The position numbers were made by a program, and so were the translations under genes. 36,731 nucleotides of DNA from Octopus sinensis (lineage: Eukaryota): contig NW_021828089.1 in the NCBI RefSeq assembly GCF_006345805.1, forward strand, positions 1-36,731. Direction: 5' to 3'. Of the stretch, positions 1-12,322 are shown piece by piece (positions within the stretch are counted from its first letter, which is position 1; the number at the start of each line of letters is the position of its first letter). The notes beneath the pieces are model-generated. The model did no database searches, had not been told where the DNA came from, and saw only the letters and a list, made by a program, of their open reading frames with translations.

Positions 1-1602
1 CCCTGCCCGCATCTCGGGCAGGTCGGCCCCGTGTTTCTCGAGCCGTGTCTGTAGAGCTTATCCCGAACGGGTAGCGCTTCTCGGTAGCACTGCCAGGCCA
101 GGGATCTCTGGAAGTTGTCCATGGGCCCTGGCCCGAAAGTCGTCCCGAACAGGCGGGTCAGGTATTCCTCGTCGACGTCCAGGTTCGCCCCGAGCGCATT
201 GTCGTACCTCCCCTCCACTAATCCCCTATAGAATGCTTTGGTTGTGATGGAGTCACTCAAGGTTGACCCAGGACGGCAGAGTTGCTTGAGAGCAACGCGA
301 CACTCGCGGTGCCATTCGCCCTTCCTCGGCCTCTTTTTGATCTACGATTGCATTTCGGTCATGGAGACGAGCTGCGGGAACGCGTGCCTCACAAACGGTG
401 ACCACACCTGTTCACCGTCGTCTACGAAGAGCCTGAGATGTCGCAGTCTCAGCGCGTGTCTGCGCATCATCAACCACGGCATGCCCAGCCCTCCTTTTAA
501 CGGGAGTTGGCAGCAAATGAATCGTCTGACCATCGGGACGCATCCTTTCCATAAGAAGCGAAAGAGAATACGTTCTAGTTTGGTGATGGTAGGGTCGGAA
601 CAAGGCACGACGGTCAGGCGGTAGTAGATGATGGACGCGATGTACGTGTTTGCCACCTCCGCCCGACCTTTTAGGGACAGTTTCCTCTCGGCCCATTGCT
701 GGGCGAAAGTGACCACCCTACTCGTTATCTCGTTCCAGTTCTTCTCCATTTGGAGGTCCGGACTGAACCAGACCCTGAGCAACTCGACCGGACCGTCGGT
801 CCAGCGTCCCACAACGGAGGCGCTGGTGGACGGCATGGGTTTGCTTCTCCAGGTGCCTAGTCGCAAGCCCACTGACTTTTCCCGGTTGATTTTTGCTCCT
901 GTCACTGCTTCGTAGTTTTTCAGTGTCTCGCCGACCCGCTCGATGTGCTCGTGGCTAGACACAATGACGGTGACGTCGTCCGCGTATGCAGACACGCTCG
1001 TCCCGCATCCCAGTTCTCACGGGATGCCCCTCAGAGTTACCAGTTTCCGCAATAGTGGCTCGAGAGTCAATACGTATAGAAGCGACGAGAGGGGGCATCC
1101 CTGACGAACCGAACGTGCGATGTCGAAAGGTCTCGATAGATGTCCATTTACGCGAAACTACCGAACGGATGCCTCTGTACAAAGTGGCTATCCAGCCGCG
1201 GAGAGAACGGGACCGAAGCCAGCCGCTCTGAGGACTGCCTCCAAGTATCGATGGTTACCCTATCGAAAGCTTTCGATTGATCAGAGCCCCACCCATGCCA
1301 GGTTCGTTAACTACCCTGTCTATGATGTGTAGCGCATCAGGTGGAGGTTGTCATGGATGATCCGGTCCCGGCACGGTGCACGTTTGCGCCTTGTCAACCA
1401 GTTTTTCGATGACAAGCGCCAACCTCTGGCTAACACCTTGGCCAAAATCTTCAAAGTCTGCATTAAGCAGAGTGATGGGCCTAAAGTTATCTATTACATT
1501 TCCCTGTTTAGATCTTTCTTCAGCAGTGGTTACGTGCTCTCCTCGGCTCACAAAACCGGGAATGCTCCCGTTTAGCTGCCAGGTCCAGTACACGCTGCTG
1601 CC

Positions 1603-1604
<2 letters not shown>
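1..1604 (-). mobile_element. L1/Tx1-clade non-LTR retrotransposon, copy A (5'-truncated, decayed ORF2 RT and C-terminal region; runs off the window start)
   Basis: Minus-strand ORF pieces carry the RT motifs NFRPITLLNAD (1351..1593) and SAYADDVTVIV (342..995), then the C-terminal zinc-knuckle region. Frameshifts and a TGG>TAG stop relative to copy B. Aligns by eye to about 19355-20950. Confidence 0.9.
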
Positions 1605-1642
<38 letters not shown>

Positions 1643-1674
1643 TAATAATAATAGTAATAATAATAATAATAATA

Positions 1675-1705
<31 letters not shown>

Positions 1706-1784
1706 GAATAATAATAATAATAATATAATAATAATAATAATAATATAATAATAATAATAATAATATCAAATGATGATGATGATG

Positions 1785-1849
<65 letters not shown>

Positions 1850-2226
1850 GCCCTTTTTTTTAGACATTCATTAGTACAACATCCCCACCCCCTTGAATAT
1901 ATGGCACACTAGGCATAACAACAAAACATGGACTTCCAACCTGTTGTCTCTTGAGGTCTCTTGGGTGAGACTTGGAGCCAACTTGTACAAATAATAAAGC
2001 AAAAGTCAAAAAACATAGAATAATAAAATACATAGAATACTAATATAATAATAATAATAATAATATAATAATGAATAATGATAATAATAATAAATAATAA
2101 TAATAGTAATGATAATAATGATAATAATAATAAATAATAATAATGTAAAATTAATACTAATAATAGTAAATAGTAATAATAATTATGATAATAAATAATA
2201 ATAATAATAATATAATAAACAATAAT

Positions 2227-2260
<34 letters not shown>

Positions 2261-2400
2261 TAATAATGAATAATAATAATAATAATAATAATAATACTAA
2301 TACTAAATAATAACAATGATCATAATAACAATGATGATAATAATAATAATAATAATAATAATAATATAATAATAATATAATAATAATAATAATAATAATA

Positions 2401-2439
<39 letters not shown>

Positions 2440-2556
2440 TAATAATAATAATAATAATAATAATATTATAAATGATGATGATGATGTAATAATTAATAAT
2501 AATATAATAATAATGATAATAATAATAATGATAATAATTAATGATAATAATAATGA

Positions 2557-2596
<40 letters not shown>

Positions 2597-2654
2597 GATA
2601 ATAATAATGATAATAATAATAATTAATAATAATATATAATCATGATAATAATAC

Positions 2655-2685
<31 letters not shown>

Positions 2686-2822
2686 GATAATATCATAATA
2701 ATAAATAATAATAATTAATAATAATAATAATAATAAATAATATAAACTAATAATATGATGATAATAAAATAATCATAATAATAATAATATAATAATAATA
2801 ATAATAATAATATAATAATAAA
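1603..2822. repeat. Imperfect (AAT)n microsatellite field with an internal non-repeat island at about 1846-2040
   Basis: Direct reading: continuous aat/gat/aac triplets. Confidence 0.97.
1846..2040 (+). mobile_element. Probable 3'-UTR remnant of a LINE embedded in (TAA)n
   Basis: Mixed-sequence island that fades into an AAT tail, with microsatellite on both sides. No coding motif seen, so the family cannot be assigned from sequence. Confidence 0.3.
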
Positions 2823-3382
2823 TGCCCTGATGCAGTTACCAGGCAGTGGCTCTAATGGCTTCTGATCTTAATGATTGGAATAGTGTTATCATGTAAATTG
2901 TTTTGTCTTGGTATAAAAGATGGGCTACAGCAAATATTCTGCTCAATACACAGATTTGCTTGTCAGTGTTGACCTTAACAAATGAGCTGTCCTTAGGGGT
3001 GACGATATGTGCATCTCTGATCACGAGCAGAAGTAGTGGGGGAGCATCATGGCCAGGTGTTGAGAGGGATTCTTTGGAGTTGAATTGTTCACCTCTGGAA
3101 ACATGGGTGTGTTCGTTCAACGTCCTTAAACAACCCTTATTCAGGGACCTTTTGAGCGGGATGTGTTACTCGATCTGAAGAAAATTTAACTGGGCTCCAC
3201 CTGCAAGGTCATGTTGCCTGTTTATCTTGATATTGAGATTCACCATCGCGCACATATGGTTTGTGATGCATGTGCCGTGTACCTTTATCAGACGGGGTAG
3301 TCATGATGGGTTTATATTGGGCTTCGTATATTTTACCCCAGTGTCACTTTGATGGCATGAGACATTGACTGCTCTCTCAATC
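2822..3382 (+). mobile_element. Non-coding interspersed repeat of about 560 bp (SINE-like, family unassigned) ending in (AAT)n
   Basis: Island of higher GC bounded by (AAT)n on both sides, with no credible ORF. Resembles an abundant octopus repeat from recollection only. Confidence 0.45.
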
Positions 3383-3411
3383 AAAATAATAATAATAATA
3401 ATGATAATAAC

Positions 3412-3850
3412 TTCTACTAAAGGCAGAAGGCCTGAAATTTGGGGAAGGATGATGATAGTCAATTACAATGACCCCAGTGTTTCACTGATAGTTAATTTAT
3501 TGACCCTGAAGGATGAAAGTCAAGTCTACCTTGGTGGAATGTGAACTCAGAACATAAAGGTGATAAAATGCTGCTAAGCATTTTGTCCATGTGCTAATGT
3601 TTCTGCCAACTTGCCGCCATAATGATAATGATGATGATAATGATGATGATGATGAAGATAAAAACAATTTGGTTAAGTGGAAATATAGTCCATTAATCAA
3701 CCCCAGTAGTACTCAACTGGTACCTATTTTACTGACTCTAACAGGATGAAAGGCAAAGTCAGCTTCATGGTAATCAAAATTGGAATGTAAAGTCAGAAGA
3801 AATGCTACTAAGCGTTTTGCCTGATGTGCCACATTTCCGTCACCTTAACA
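3412..3850 (-). mobile_element. Two old, diverged tRNA-derived SINE copies of the family at 35840-36731 (about 3412-3619 and 3695-3850)
   Basis: The reverse complement ggcggcaagttggcagaaacattagcac...gttctgagttcacattccaccaaggtagacttgactttcatccttcagggtcaataaattaa matches the young copy at 35841 with CpG depletion. Confidence 0.75.
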
Positions 3851-5929
3851 ACAAAAAAACAACAATACTAATAATAAAATGTGCTGTTTAGCCCTTGGTC
3901 AACCCTGACTGCGCAGGCTGAGATCAAAAGCATTCTAGCTGTGACCATCCTGTCTTTTTCCTATTTGCAATGACCATATAACCATGTGAGTTCACATGTC
4001 CTTGTTTTAAGATACGAGGCAGATGTGGCTGCTACATCTAACAGACCTAAACACCACATACACGATCTCTCATTGGTTCATTATTAGCTTTGCAAATAAA
4101 TAGACAGGAACAGTTTGACAGGACCCTGCTTAGATTTTCAGTAGACGCATCAGATAGCATTTTTATCTGATGTACTTACTACTACCAAGATAACTGGGTT
4201 GTTCAATAGGATTGTATTGGTATTGGGTATATCTATTGATGAGGGGGTCTATTCATATCCATTCCTGTCTTCAGTCATCATATGTTGTCAGAATCATAAG
4301 GATGCCTTCCTCACACTCATATTTGGTGTATTTTAAACATGATGTAGCTAACCCCTCTCTCTGTTAAACTACAGTGGAAATATTTCAAAGAAAAAGAGAA
4401 AGAAAAGAGAGAGAGAGAGGAGAGGGAGAGAGAGAGAGGGGAGAGAGAGAGAGAAGAGAGAGTGCAAAATATAATGATGTATTCCTTTCAGTACCTGAGT
4501 TGTATTGAAAGAATGAAAGCAAAAGTTGACGTTGATGGGATTTGAACTCAGGGCACAGAATGCCAGAATGACTACTTCAATACATTCTAAGCAATGCAGC
4601 TAAAAATCCTGTCGAATCCCAAGTAACAACCTGGCAGGTATTTAATGCATGGAACATGCTTGGATGGAGTTGAAAGGAAAGGCAAGGGAGGTAATCCCTT
4701 TTTCTTTACCAGTGAGTGTTGCTAATAAACCATCACCCATGTTGCTAATTGCGCTTTAATTAGCAGATCGTTCACAGTCATTATCTCCTGTGTTAACATT
4801 TCCTTATTTACATTTGACAGCAGTTGATTATAAAAAAATCTATTTGAAATGTCTCATCTTGTCAATCGGTTTCTACTATTTGGTTATTAATAACCAAATT
4901 TTGAATATGTTTCCATAATGATGCCTTTAATGGACTTATGTCTGCAAGTTTATTTAAAGTATGATAATTTTTTTGTTTTTATTCCAGTTTGTGAATTTGT
5001 TTCATATTAAAATTTTGCATGAAGTCACTACGTTTTTACCCCCTTAATACATTTTGTTTGATTTTTAAATTTAAAAATTTAAACAAGATATAAAAAGAAA
5101 GAAAAACAGTTTTCATTAGGAGCAGGTTATATATTTTTTAATATAAAAATGAGAAATTTTAAAAGCAAATATTGAACAGCATTGTTAAAAACAACAACAT
5201 TGTGTAATTCCTTCTGTCAAATATAATTCTTCAGAAAAGAACAAGCATTATCAATGTCTTCTGTTTTTAATTTAATTAATTATTTCTTCTCAATTCAATT
5301 TAGCTGTTTTCAAATTATTTCAGAGATTGCACTTGTGTAGATAATGCAACACTTAAGGGACATTGATAATTGAACAAGACAAGTTTACATATTTTCAGTT
5401 AATAATCTCATTACTTAATTACAACAGGAATAATCCTTTACAGAGTCTTCCCCATGACCACACACCTCTCCCCCGCTCATCCTTCCACACCTTCTCTTCA
5501 GGCTAAAAAAATATTCTCAATTTTCAGTTTTCCAGGAAGCAAACGAATGTATCTGCCAATAATTTCCCAAACATATTTTTGATATTTTTGAGCAAACAGA
5601 CAACTGACTACTAAAATCATTATTATTATTATTATTATATAACATATTGAATTCTTCAGGCTGGAATTACCTATAAAAGATATTTATATGGAGTATTAGA
5701 GTGGATGGGGATGGGGGGAAGGAAGGATATTTTTAAATCCTTCATTTACTGATGAATTAATTAATTACACATAATTTTATGAGTTAAAATAAACAAAAGA
5801 CACTGGAACGCCATCCTTCTCCCCCGCCATTAATACAAAGATAACGAAGAACATAATCCAACCAACATCTATTTCACAAAGACACAAATATTAAGTAAAC
5901 AATATTCTTGAAAAAAAAATTTCTCCCTC

Positions 5930-6066
5930 TCATACATACTCATACATACGCTTATACTCATACATACAAATATATATATACATGTATAGATATATATATA
6001 TATATGCATACATATATATATATATACATAAATATATACATATATACATAAATATATACATGTATG

Positions 6067-6102
<36 letters not shown>

Positions 6103-6189
6103 TATGCATGTATATATATATAGATATATATATATACATACATACATACATATATACATAAATACATATATACATACATATATACATAC

Positions 6190-6250
<61 letters not shown>

Positions 6251-6346
6251 CATAGTTATATGCATGCATATATATATAGATATATATAGATATATACATA
6301 CATACATATATACATACATATATACATACATATATACATACATGTG

Positions 6347-6410
<64 letters not shown>
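5930..6410. repeat. (TA)n/(TACA)n compound microsatellite
   Basis: Direct reading. Confidence 0.97.
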
Positions 6411-6415
<5 letters not shown>

Positions 6416-9385
6416 ACTTAGAATAACTTAGAAAGGTTTTGGCCAGTATTGGCCCAGGCCATGTCTAACTTAATAGCACCACCTGGCGAAGTCTTTCAAT
6501 TCAGGATTTGGGCACCAAGGCCCATTCGAGCAGAGAGTTATTGTTTGCGGAGACATATCCGGGTGTGGATGGTTTGTCCGGGACTGTTTGAAGGAATTTG
6601 TCCAAAACTTCTTGAATTTTGTGTGGTCAGTTTCTTTTTGACGTGTCCTGGTGTAATGTTGAAGAGAGCGGGGCCAATTGAGGTGAAATATTGTGCCGTA
6701 TTGTTGTTATGTGATGCGATTTAGATTTTTGTTGTGGACGGATGGCACGTTGTCCAAGCCTTGGATGTATTTTGAAGGTGATGCCAACATCATTCGGACA
6801 GTGCTGATGGAATATTTTCCACATCATACAGATAATGTAGCGTTCACAGTGTGTTGGAGTGAATACAGTTTCAGCTTCTCTAGTCTACCCCAGTAGTCAA
6901 GGTCTGACATGCCATCTATCTTTTTGTGATTGACCTTTGGGAGCTTCAATTCTCATGTTTCGTGTAGGGAGACCACAGTGGACAACAGTATTCAAGGTGG
7001 TGGGTGGGCAAATGGAAGAGAGAGGATAAAGGATAATGTGGGAATCTCTCGACTGGAAGGTTCTGAGAATCCAGGAACACATTCTGCGGGCCATGTCAAA
7101 CTTTGCTGCTTATATGTGTAGCCCAGCTTATGTTGCTGTCCACTGTTACTCCCAAATCTCTGATGATGTTGTGGAGACGCCATGATAATTTCTCCAGAAG
7201 GAAGGGAGTATGGGAGTTTCAGAGCGTCCTCCCTTCCAAAGTGGATCAGTTCGAATTTGTCTATGTTTAGCAATATGTTGTTTTCTTTTCCGCCCATTGG
7301 ACAACAGCCAGTAGGTCTGACTGAAGGCTTATTCGGTCATCCACGCCATTGATGACCTTCTGGAGCTTGGAATCATCAGCGAAGGTTCTGATGTTATTGT
7401 GTTTGATGGTGTCAGTAATATCATTATGTGATGATGATGAGAAGAATGGGCCCAACACCGTGCCTGGGACACCACTGCTGACTTTGGCTGGGCTGGATTT
7501 GACTCCTTCGACTACAACATGTTGGGTTCTGTTAGACAGGAAGCACTTGATCCACTGTAGCAGCAGCTTTCCAGTGACACCAATATTGGACAGCTTTCTC
7601 AAAGGATCTTATGATCAAACCTGTCAAAGGCCTTGCTGAAATCAAGGAAGATGACATCAGTGTTGGAACCCTCTCCCAAGGCTCTCAAAACGTCATCAAA
7701 ATGATGCAGTAGCTGCGTCAGGCAATCCCTTCCATTACGGAATCCATGCTGGTGGAGTTCAGCATATCATGACTCTCAAGGAAGTGAGCCATACGCGATC
7801 TCAGCACTCTCTCAAACCATAATAATGATATGAGAGGTGAGTGAGATTGGACGGTAATTCACGGCAAGCGATTTGTTTCCTTTTTTGAAAACTGGGAATA
7901 CAAACTGGGATAGGTCTTCTGGTATATATCCAGCATCCAGTGAGTTCCGCCACAGATTGGCTCGAGTGGGTGCAAGTTGGTGTTGACACATCTTCAAGAC
8001 ACAAGCAGGGAACCTATCGGGACCTACTGCTGATTTATGCTTCATTTCCTTTTTGCTGCTAAGACATCAGTAGCACCAAAGGTTATGTCCGATAAAGTGT
8101 ATTGGGGAGTAACATCACTGATACAGACCAGATCAGTCATATCAGGATTGCTGAAAACAGAGCAGTATTGTTTCTGCAATATCTCTCCATGGTTTTGGCA
8201 TTGTCTTGAAGAGTACTATTTTCATCAATCAGAGGGCCAACAGTAGAACCAGTGACTCTGTGTATTTTTGCAAATGAAAAGAACACTTTGGATTGAGTTT
8301 GATCTTCTCAATGGCCCAGGCCTCTTCAGCTCTTCTCTGACTATTGATGATAGACATCATGTTGTTTTGGAGTTTATGTTTTTTAATCTCTAGCGACGAG
8401 ATGGCAGTCAGGTGGTGTGTTGTGTTGACAGTATTTCAGCTCGTTGATTTTTTTTGTTAATTCTTTTAATTTTCCTGATGAGAGATTTTTCTATTTCTAG
8501 GGATTCGACACTTAGATTTGTTTGCAGATCTTAATGGGGTGTGGTTTGCACATATGTTCGTAATGGTGTCTACAAATGACTGCCAGGACTTTTTGATGTT
8601 AGTGGGTGTGTGTGTGTGCGTGAAGGACCAATCGACTTGTGCAAGATCATTATTGATCGCTTCCCAGTTTGCATTGTGGAAATCCATAGTGTCAAATGGA
8701 TGAACAGGAGGAGGGATGACATTTGTTTTGCATTTTGGCCGGTGAAATCTCAGATCACAGAGAACCATGTCATGGTCGGAGAGTAGGGTTTTCTCCACTG
8801 CAATATTGTGGATAGTACCAGTGTGATTGCTGAAAATTAAGTCTAAGACGTTTTTGTGACATCTCGTTGGTTCGAGCACCAGTTGGGACAGGAAGAAATC
8901 ATCCATGAAGTCAAGAAGCGATTCCACTGCCTCCCTGTCAGGGGTTGAGAGAGAAGAGAACCTGGCGGCAGACTGTTTGTAGACCAGTCAACCCGGGAAG
9001 GTTGAAGTCTCCCGTCATTAAAATGTTGTCAGATTGACACTGCTGAATGAAACACTTTATGTTGTTGAGGCATTCCTTGAAGCATGGTAGGGGCGTTTGG
9101 GGTGGTCTGTAGAGCCCAACTACTGTGAAGTTGTTGGTTTGACTGAATATAGCGACTGCTTCGCAGTATCCATTGGAAAATATGTTCATAGCTTCTGTTG
9201 AGAATGAATCATGAACATAAATGGCAGTCCCACCCTTTCTTCTGCCAGCACGATCAGCATGAATGGCTTTGAAATTTTTAACTTTCACCTCGGCTTCCAG
9301 TGGAGGTCACTAAGATGGGTTTCAGTGAGGACGAAGAAAGGATGTGGTTTGGATGGGCATCGATCCAGTCCTCCAGGAATTTTAT
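6411..9385 (-). mobile_element. CR1-group LINE, near-complete but heavily frameshifted ORF2 (APE endonuclease + RT)
   Basis: Endonuclease motifs FVLTETHL, GGTAIYV, GLYRPP, MTGDFNLP, NVLDLIFSN and LSDHDMV. RT motifs SAVGPD, NYRPISLTS, FLDFSKAFD, SGVP-GTVLGP and FADDSKL. The 3' end has a short tandem TTCTAAGTTA x2. (TA)n on both sides. Confidence 0.9.
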
Positions 9386-9395
9386 CTTCCATTTT

Positions 9396-9440
<45 letters not shown>

Positions 9441-9934
9441 TATAGGATATACCTACATATATATATATAAAATTATAAATTTATGAATATATATATAAAT
9501 ACATATATATATATTATATATAATATATATATATATATTTATATACAGAAGACATGCATTCATACATATACACGTGTATATACCCACTTACGCATATATA
9601 CTATCTAAACAAAAAAAAACCTGATCATGTCCAAAGGGTAGTACTAGATATGGTGAGTACTTTACATAGTTTTCGGGGTGTAATTAAATGTAAATTATAA
9701 TGTTATTTTATTTGTTAAAGTGAACAGCAGAAAATTTGCATGCGTATGTTTGTATCTTCCTGCGCGAATGCAAGTGTGCCCTTCGCATCAAAAACAAACG
9801 CGCCTACATCTTAAACTGTCATGCCTTTTATCAATATGTCAAGGGAAGTAACTCTAAAAGTTGATTTTCAGTTATCTCCCTTACTGATGTAGTTAAAAGA
9901 ATATAAACTTTTCTGGTTATTTCTATTTTACACA

Positions 9935-10128
9935 CTTAATTTTTCAATTATTTGACTGCGGCCATGGTGGAGCAATGCTTTATTATTCGTGCAAATCGAC
10001 CCCAGGACTATATTTTTGTAGGCCTAGTATTTAAACTATCGGTCCCTTTTCCCGAACCGCTAAGTTCGGGGAATTGTACACACCAGCACCCGTTGTCCAA
10101 CGATGTTCGAGAAATAAACAGACATTAC

Positions 10129-10211
<83 letters not shown>

Positions 10212-10379
10212 TCCATGCCGCAGCAGCGCCTTTATTCGCGAAATTCGAACCCAATACTTATTTTTTGTAGGCCTAGTATTTAATCTATTTTCTCTTTTGA
10301 CGAAACGCTAAGTTACGGGGACATGAACACACCAGCACCGGTTGTCAAGCGGTGTTGGGGGATAAACAGACATACAAAC

Positions 10380-10385
<6 letters not shown>
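9935..10385 (-). mobile_element. Diverged 3'-half copies of SINE family B (the family of 25630-31020)
   Basis: tttgactgcggccatggtggagca...cgaccccaggac...gaaccgctaag...acaccagca is the reverse complement of the family B 3' half, present twice. Confidence 0.75.
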
Positions 10386-10413
<28 letters not shown>

Positions 10414-10489
10414 ACTGTCATAATATTCTTGTTTGGAAATACTAAATACATCATAAACTATGTACTACAGACATTACACAACATATGTA

Positions 10490-10622
10490 CTATATTTTAT
10501 AAGCGATTTAAAAAAACCCACAAAAACCGTTAGATTCACTTCAACATTTCATTTTAATTTGTTGAAATCTTTTCGTCACTTTCCGACCGTGACCTGTTCA
10601 CTGACAAAGCTTCATATGTATA

Positions 10623-10653
<31 letters not shown>

Positions 10654-10854
10654 TACGGAGATGTACTTGCATAGCAAGTGACTTGATCTGAGATCGTGTG
10701 CTGGAACGAAAATAATTGCAGCGTGGAAGGTGTTTATAAGCGATTTAAGAAACACACAAAAACCGTTAGATTCACTTCAACATTTCAATTGATTTTGTTC
10801 AAATCTTTTCCTCACTTTCCGACCGTGACCTGTTCACTGACAAAGCTTCATATG

Positions 10855-10889
<35 letters not shown>

Positions 10890-11088
10890 TACGGAGACGT
10901 ACTTGCATAGCAAGTGACTTGATCTGAGATCGTGTGCTGGAACGAAAACAATTGCAGCGTGGAAGGTGTTTATAAGCGATTTAAGAAACACACAAAAACC
11001 GTTAGATTCACTTCAACATTTCAATTGAATTTGTTCAAATCTTTTCCTCACTTTCCGACCGTGACCTGTTCACTGACAAAGCTTCATA

Positions 11089-11123
<35 letters not shown>

Positions 11124-11670
11124 TACGGAGATGTACTTGCATAGCAAGTGACTTGATCTGAGATCGTGTGCTGGAACGAAAACAATTGCAGCGTGGAAGG
11201 TGTTTATAAGCGATTTAAGAAACACACAAAAACCGTTAGATTCACTTCAACATTTCAATTGAATTTGTTCAAATCTTTTCGTCGCTTTCAAACGGCGACC
11301 TACATTGTCCTGTCAGATTCAGGTGGATTGATCGGTTCTGCGACCCCTTTCGGGTGAATTAGAGGTCGTTCTAAACACCCCTTGAAGAGAAGGACAGGCA
11401 GAGAGTATGGTAGAGCTGTCATGAGAGGGTGATAGGTAGCAGGCGATAGAGATAGAGTAAGGAATCTTATAGCAGATAGAGAGGGTATTGGGTGAAGAGG
11501 GGATGAGGGGCGGAGAGAAGAAAAGTAGTGAGAGAGATAGAGTATAAGGCTAAGGGACAGATGTGAGTTTCTTAAATCGCTTATAAACACCTTCCACGCT
11601 GCAATTATTTTCGTTCCAGCACACGATCTCAGACCAGGTCACTTGCTATGCAAGTACATCTCCGTAATGT
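10490..11670. mobile_element. Non-autonomous element: about 235-bp direct repeats (one partial, two full, one leading into unique sequence) plus a 101-bp inverted arm (11568-11668 vs 11122-11222). MITE or Penelope-like pLTR.
   Basis: attacggag...gatttaagaaa recurs near 10652, 10887 and 11122, and its reverse complement ends at 11668, followed by g and TA. Confidence 0.7.
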
Positions 11671-11960
11671 ACTTTATTGCTACACAGAAATAAGTAAAAA
11701 AAAAAAAAAAAAAACCAAGGAAAAACATTTTCTAGTAAAAAAATTGTTTTATTGAATTAGAAAAAAATTCATTTTAATTAACAATAAAACAAATCAGTAA
11801 ATCCGGGAATCTTGTTAGTGTTTGTTGTTGTATTGGTTGCAGTACTGGTACTATCATTGGTATTGTCTTGGTGGTAGTTGTTCCTAGGGCTTCTCATGTT
11901 GCTGTAACTAGTAGTAGTAGTAGTAGTAGTAATTAGTTAGTTAATAGTTAGTTAGTTAGT

Positions 11961-12322
11961 TCATTTGGCTCAAAAAGCAAAAAGCAAGGCCATGTAGGGG
12001 GGACATGGAGTTATGTACAGGGTGGTGTTCATGTAAAGAGTTCAGGTCATTTCTGGTCAAGGGAGACTTTGAACCGAGCGGTCGTCAGCATCTTCACCAT
12101 CTCGTCCGGAAGCTTGTTCCACGGATCCGCAACCCGGACGGAGAAAGACCCTCTCCTTCGACTGAGATGAGATCGTCGCAGATAGAGCTTTTCGGAGTGA
12201 CCCCGCAACCTACGCTCTGGATCAGGAGGAGTGAAGAACAGCTCTTTCGAGAGGTTACACTTTCCGCTTATGATGTTGTGAGCAAGAATGAGATCACCAC
12301 GGCGTCGTCTAGGGGGTATGGA
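11961..12322 (-). mobile_element. CR1-group LINE 3' end with (AACT)n tail
   Basis: The minus strand reads RRRRGDLILAHNII...FSVRVADPWNKLPDEMV...QK, a typical CR1/L2-group ORF2 C-terminus. A short UTR and a (TAGT)n tract at 11932-11960 follow. Confidence 0.8.

Noticed and set aside
238-915. Plus-strand ORFs over the Tx1 copies (also 19583-21716) and the CR1 elements
   Set aside because: They are antisense shadows of GC-richer RT coding sequence, with no independent motifs.
4819-4918. Plus-strand candidate terminal exon after ttgacagcag, reading AVDYKKIYLKCLILSIGFYYLVINNQILNMFP*
   Set aside because: There is no partner exon or recognisable homology, and short hydrophobic ORFs arise by chance in AT-rich DNA. 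It would need RNA-seq or TBLASTN support.
10490-11280. CRISPR-like or canonical hammerhead interpretation of the regular repeats
   Set aside because: The context is eukaryotic, with no unique spacers and no cas genes, and the CUGANGA core is missing.
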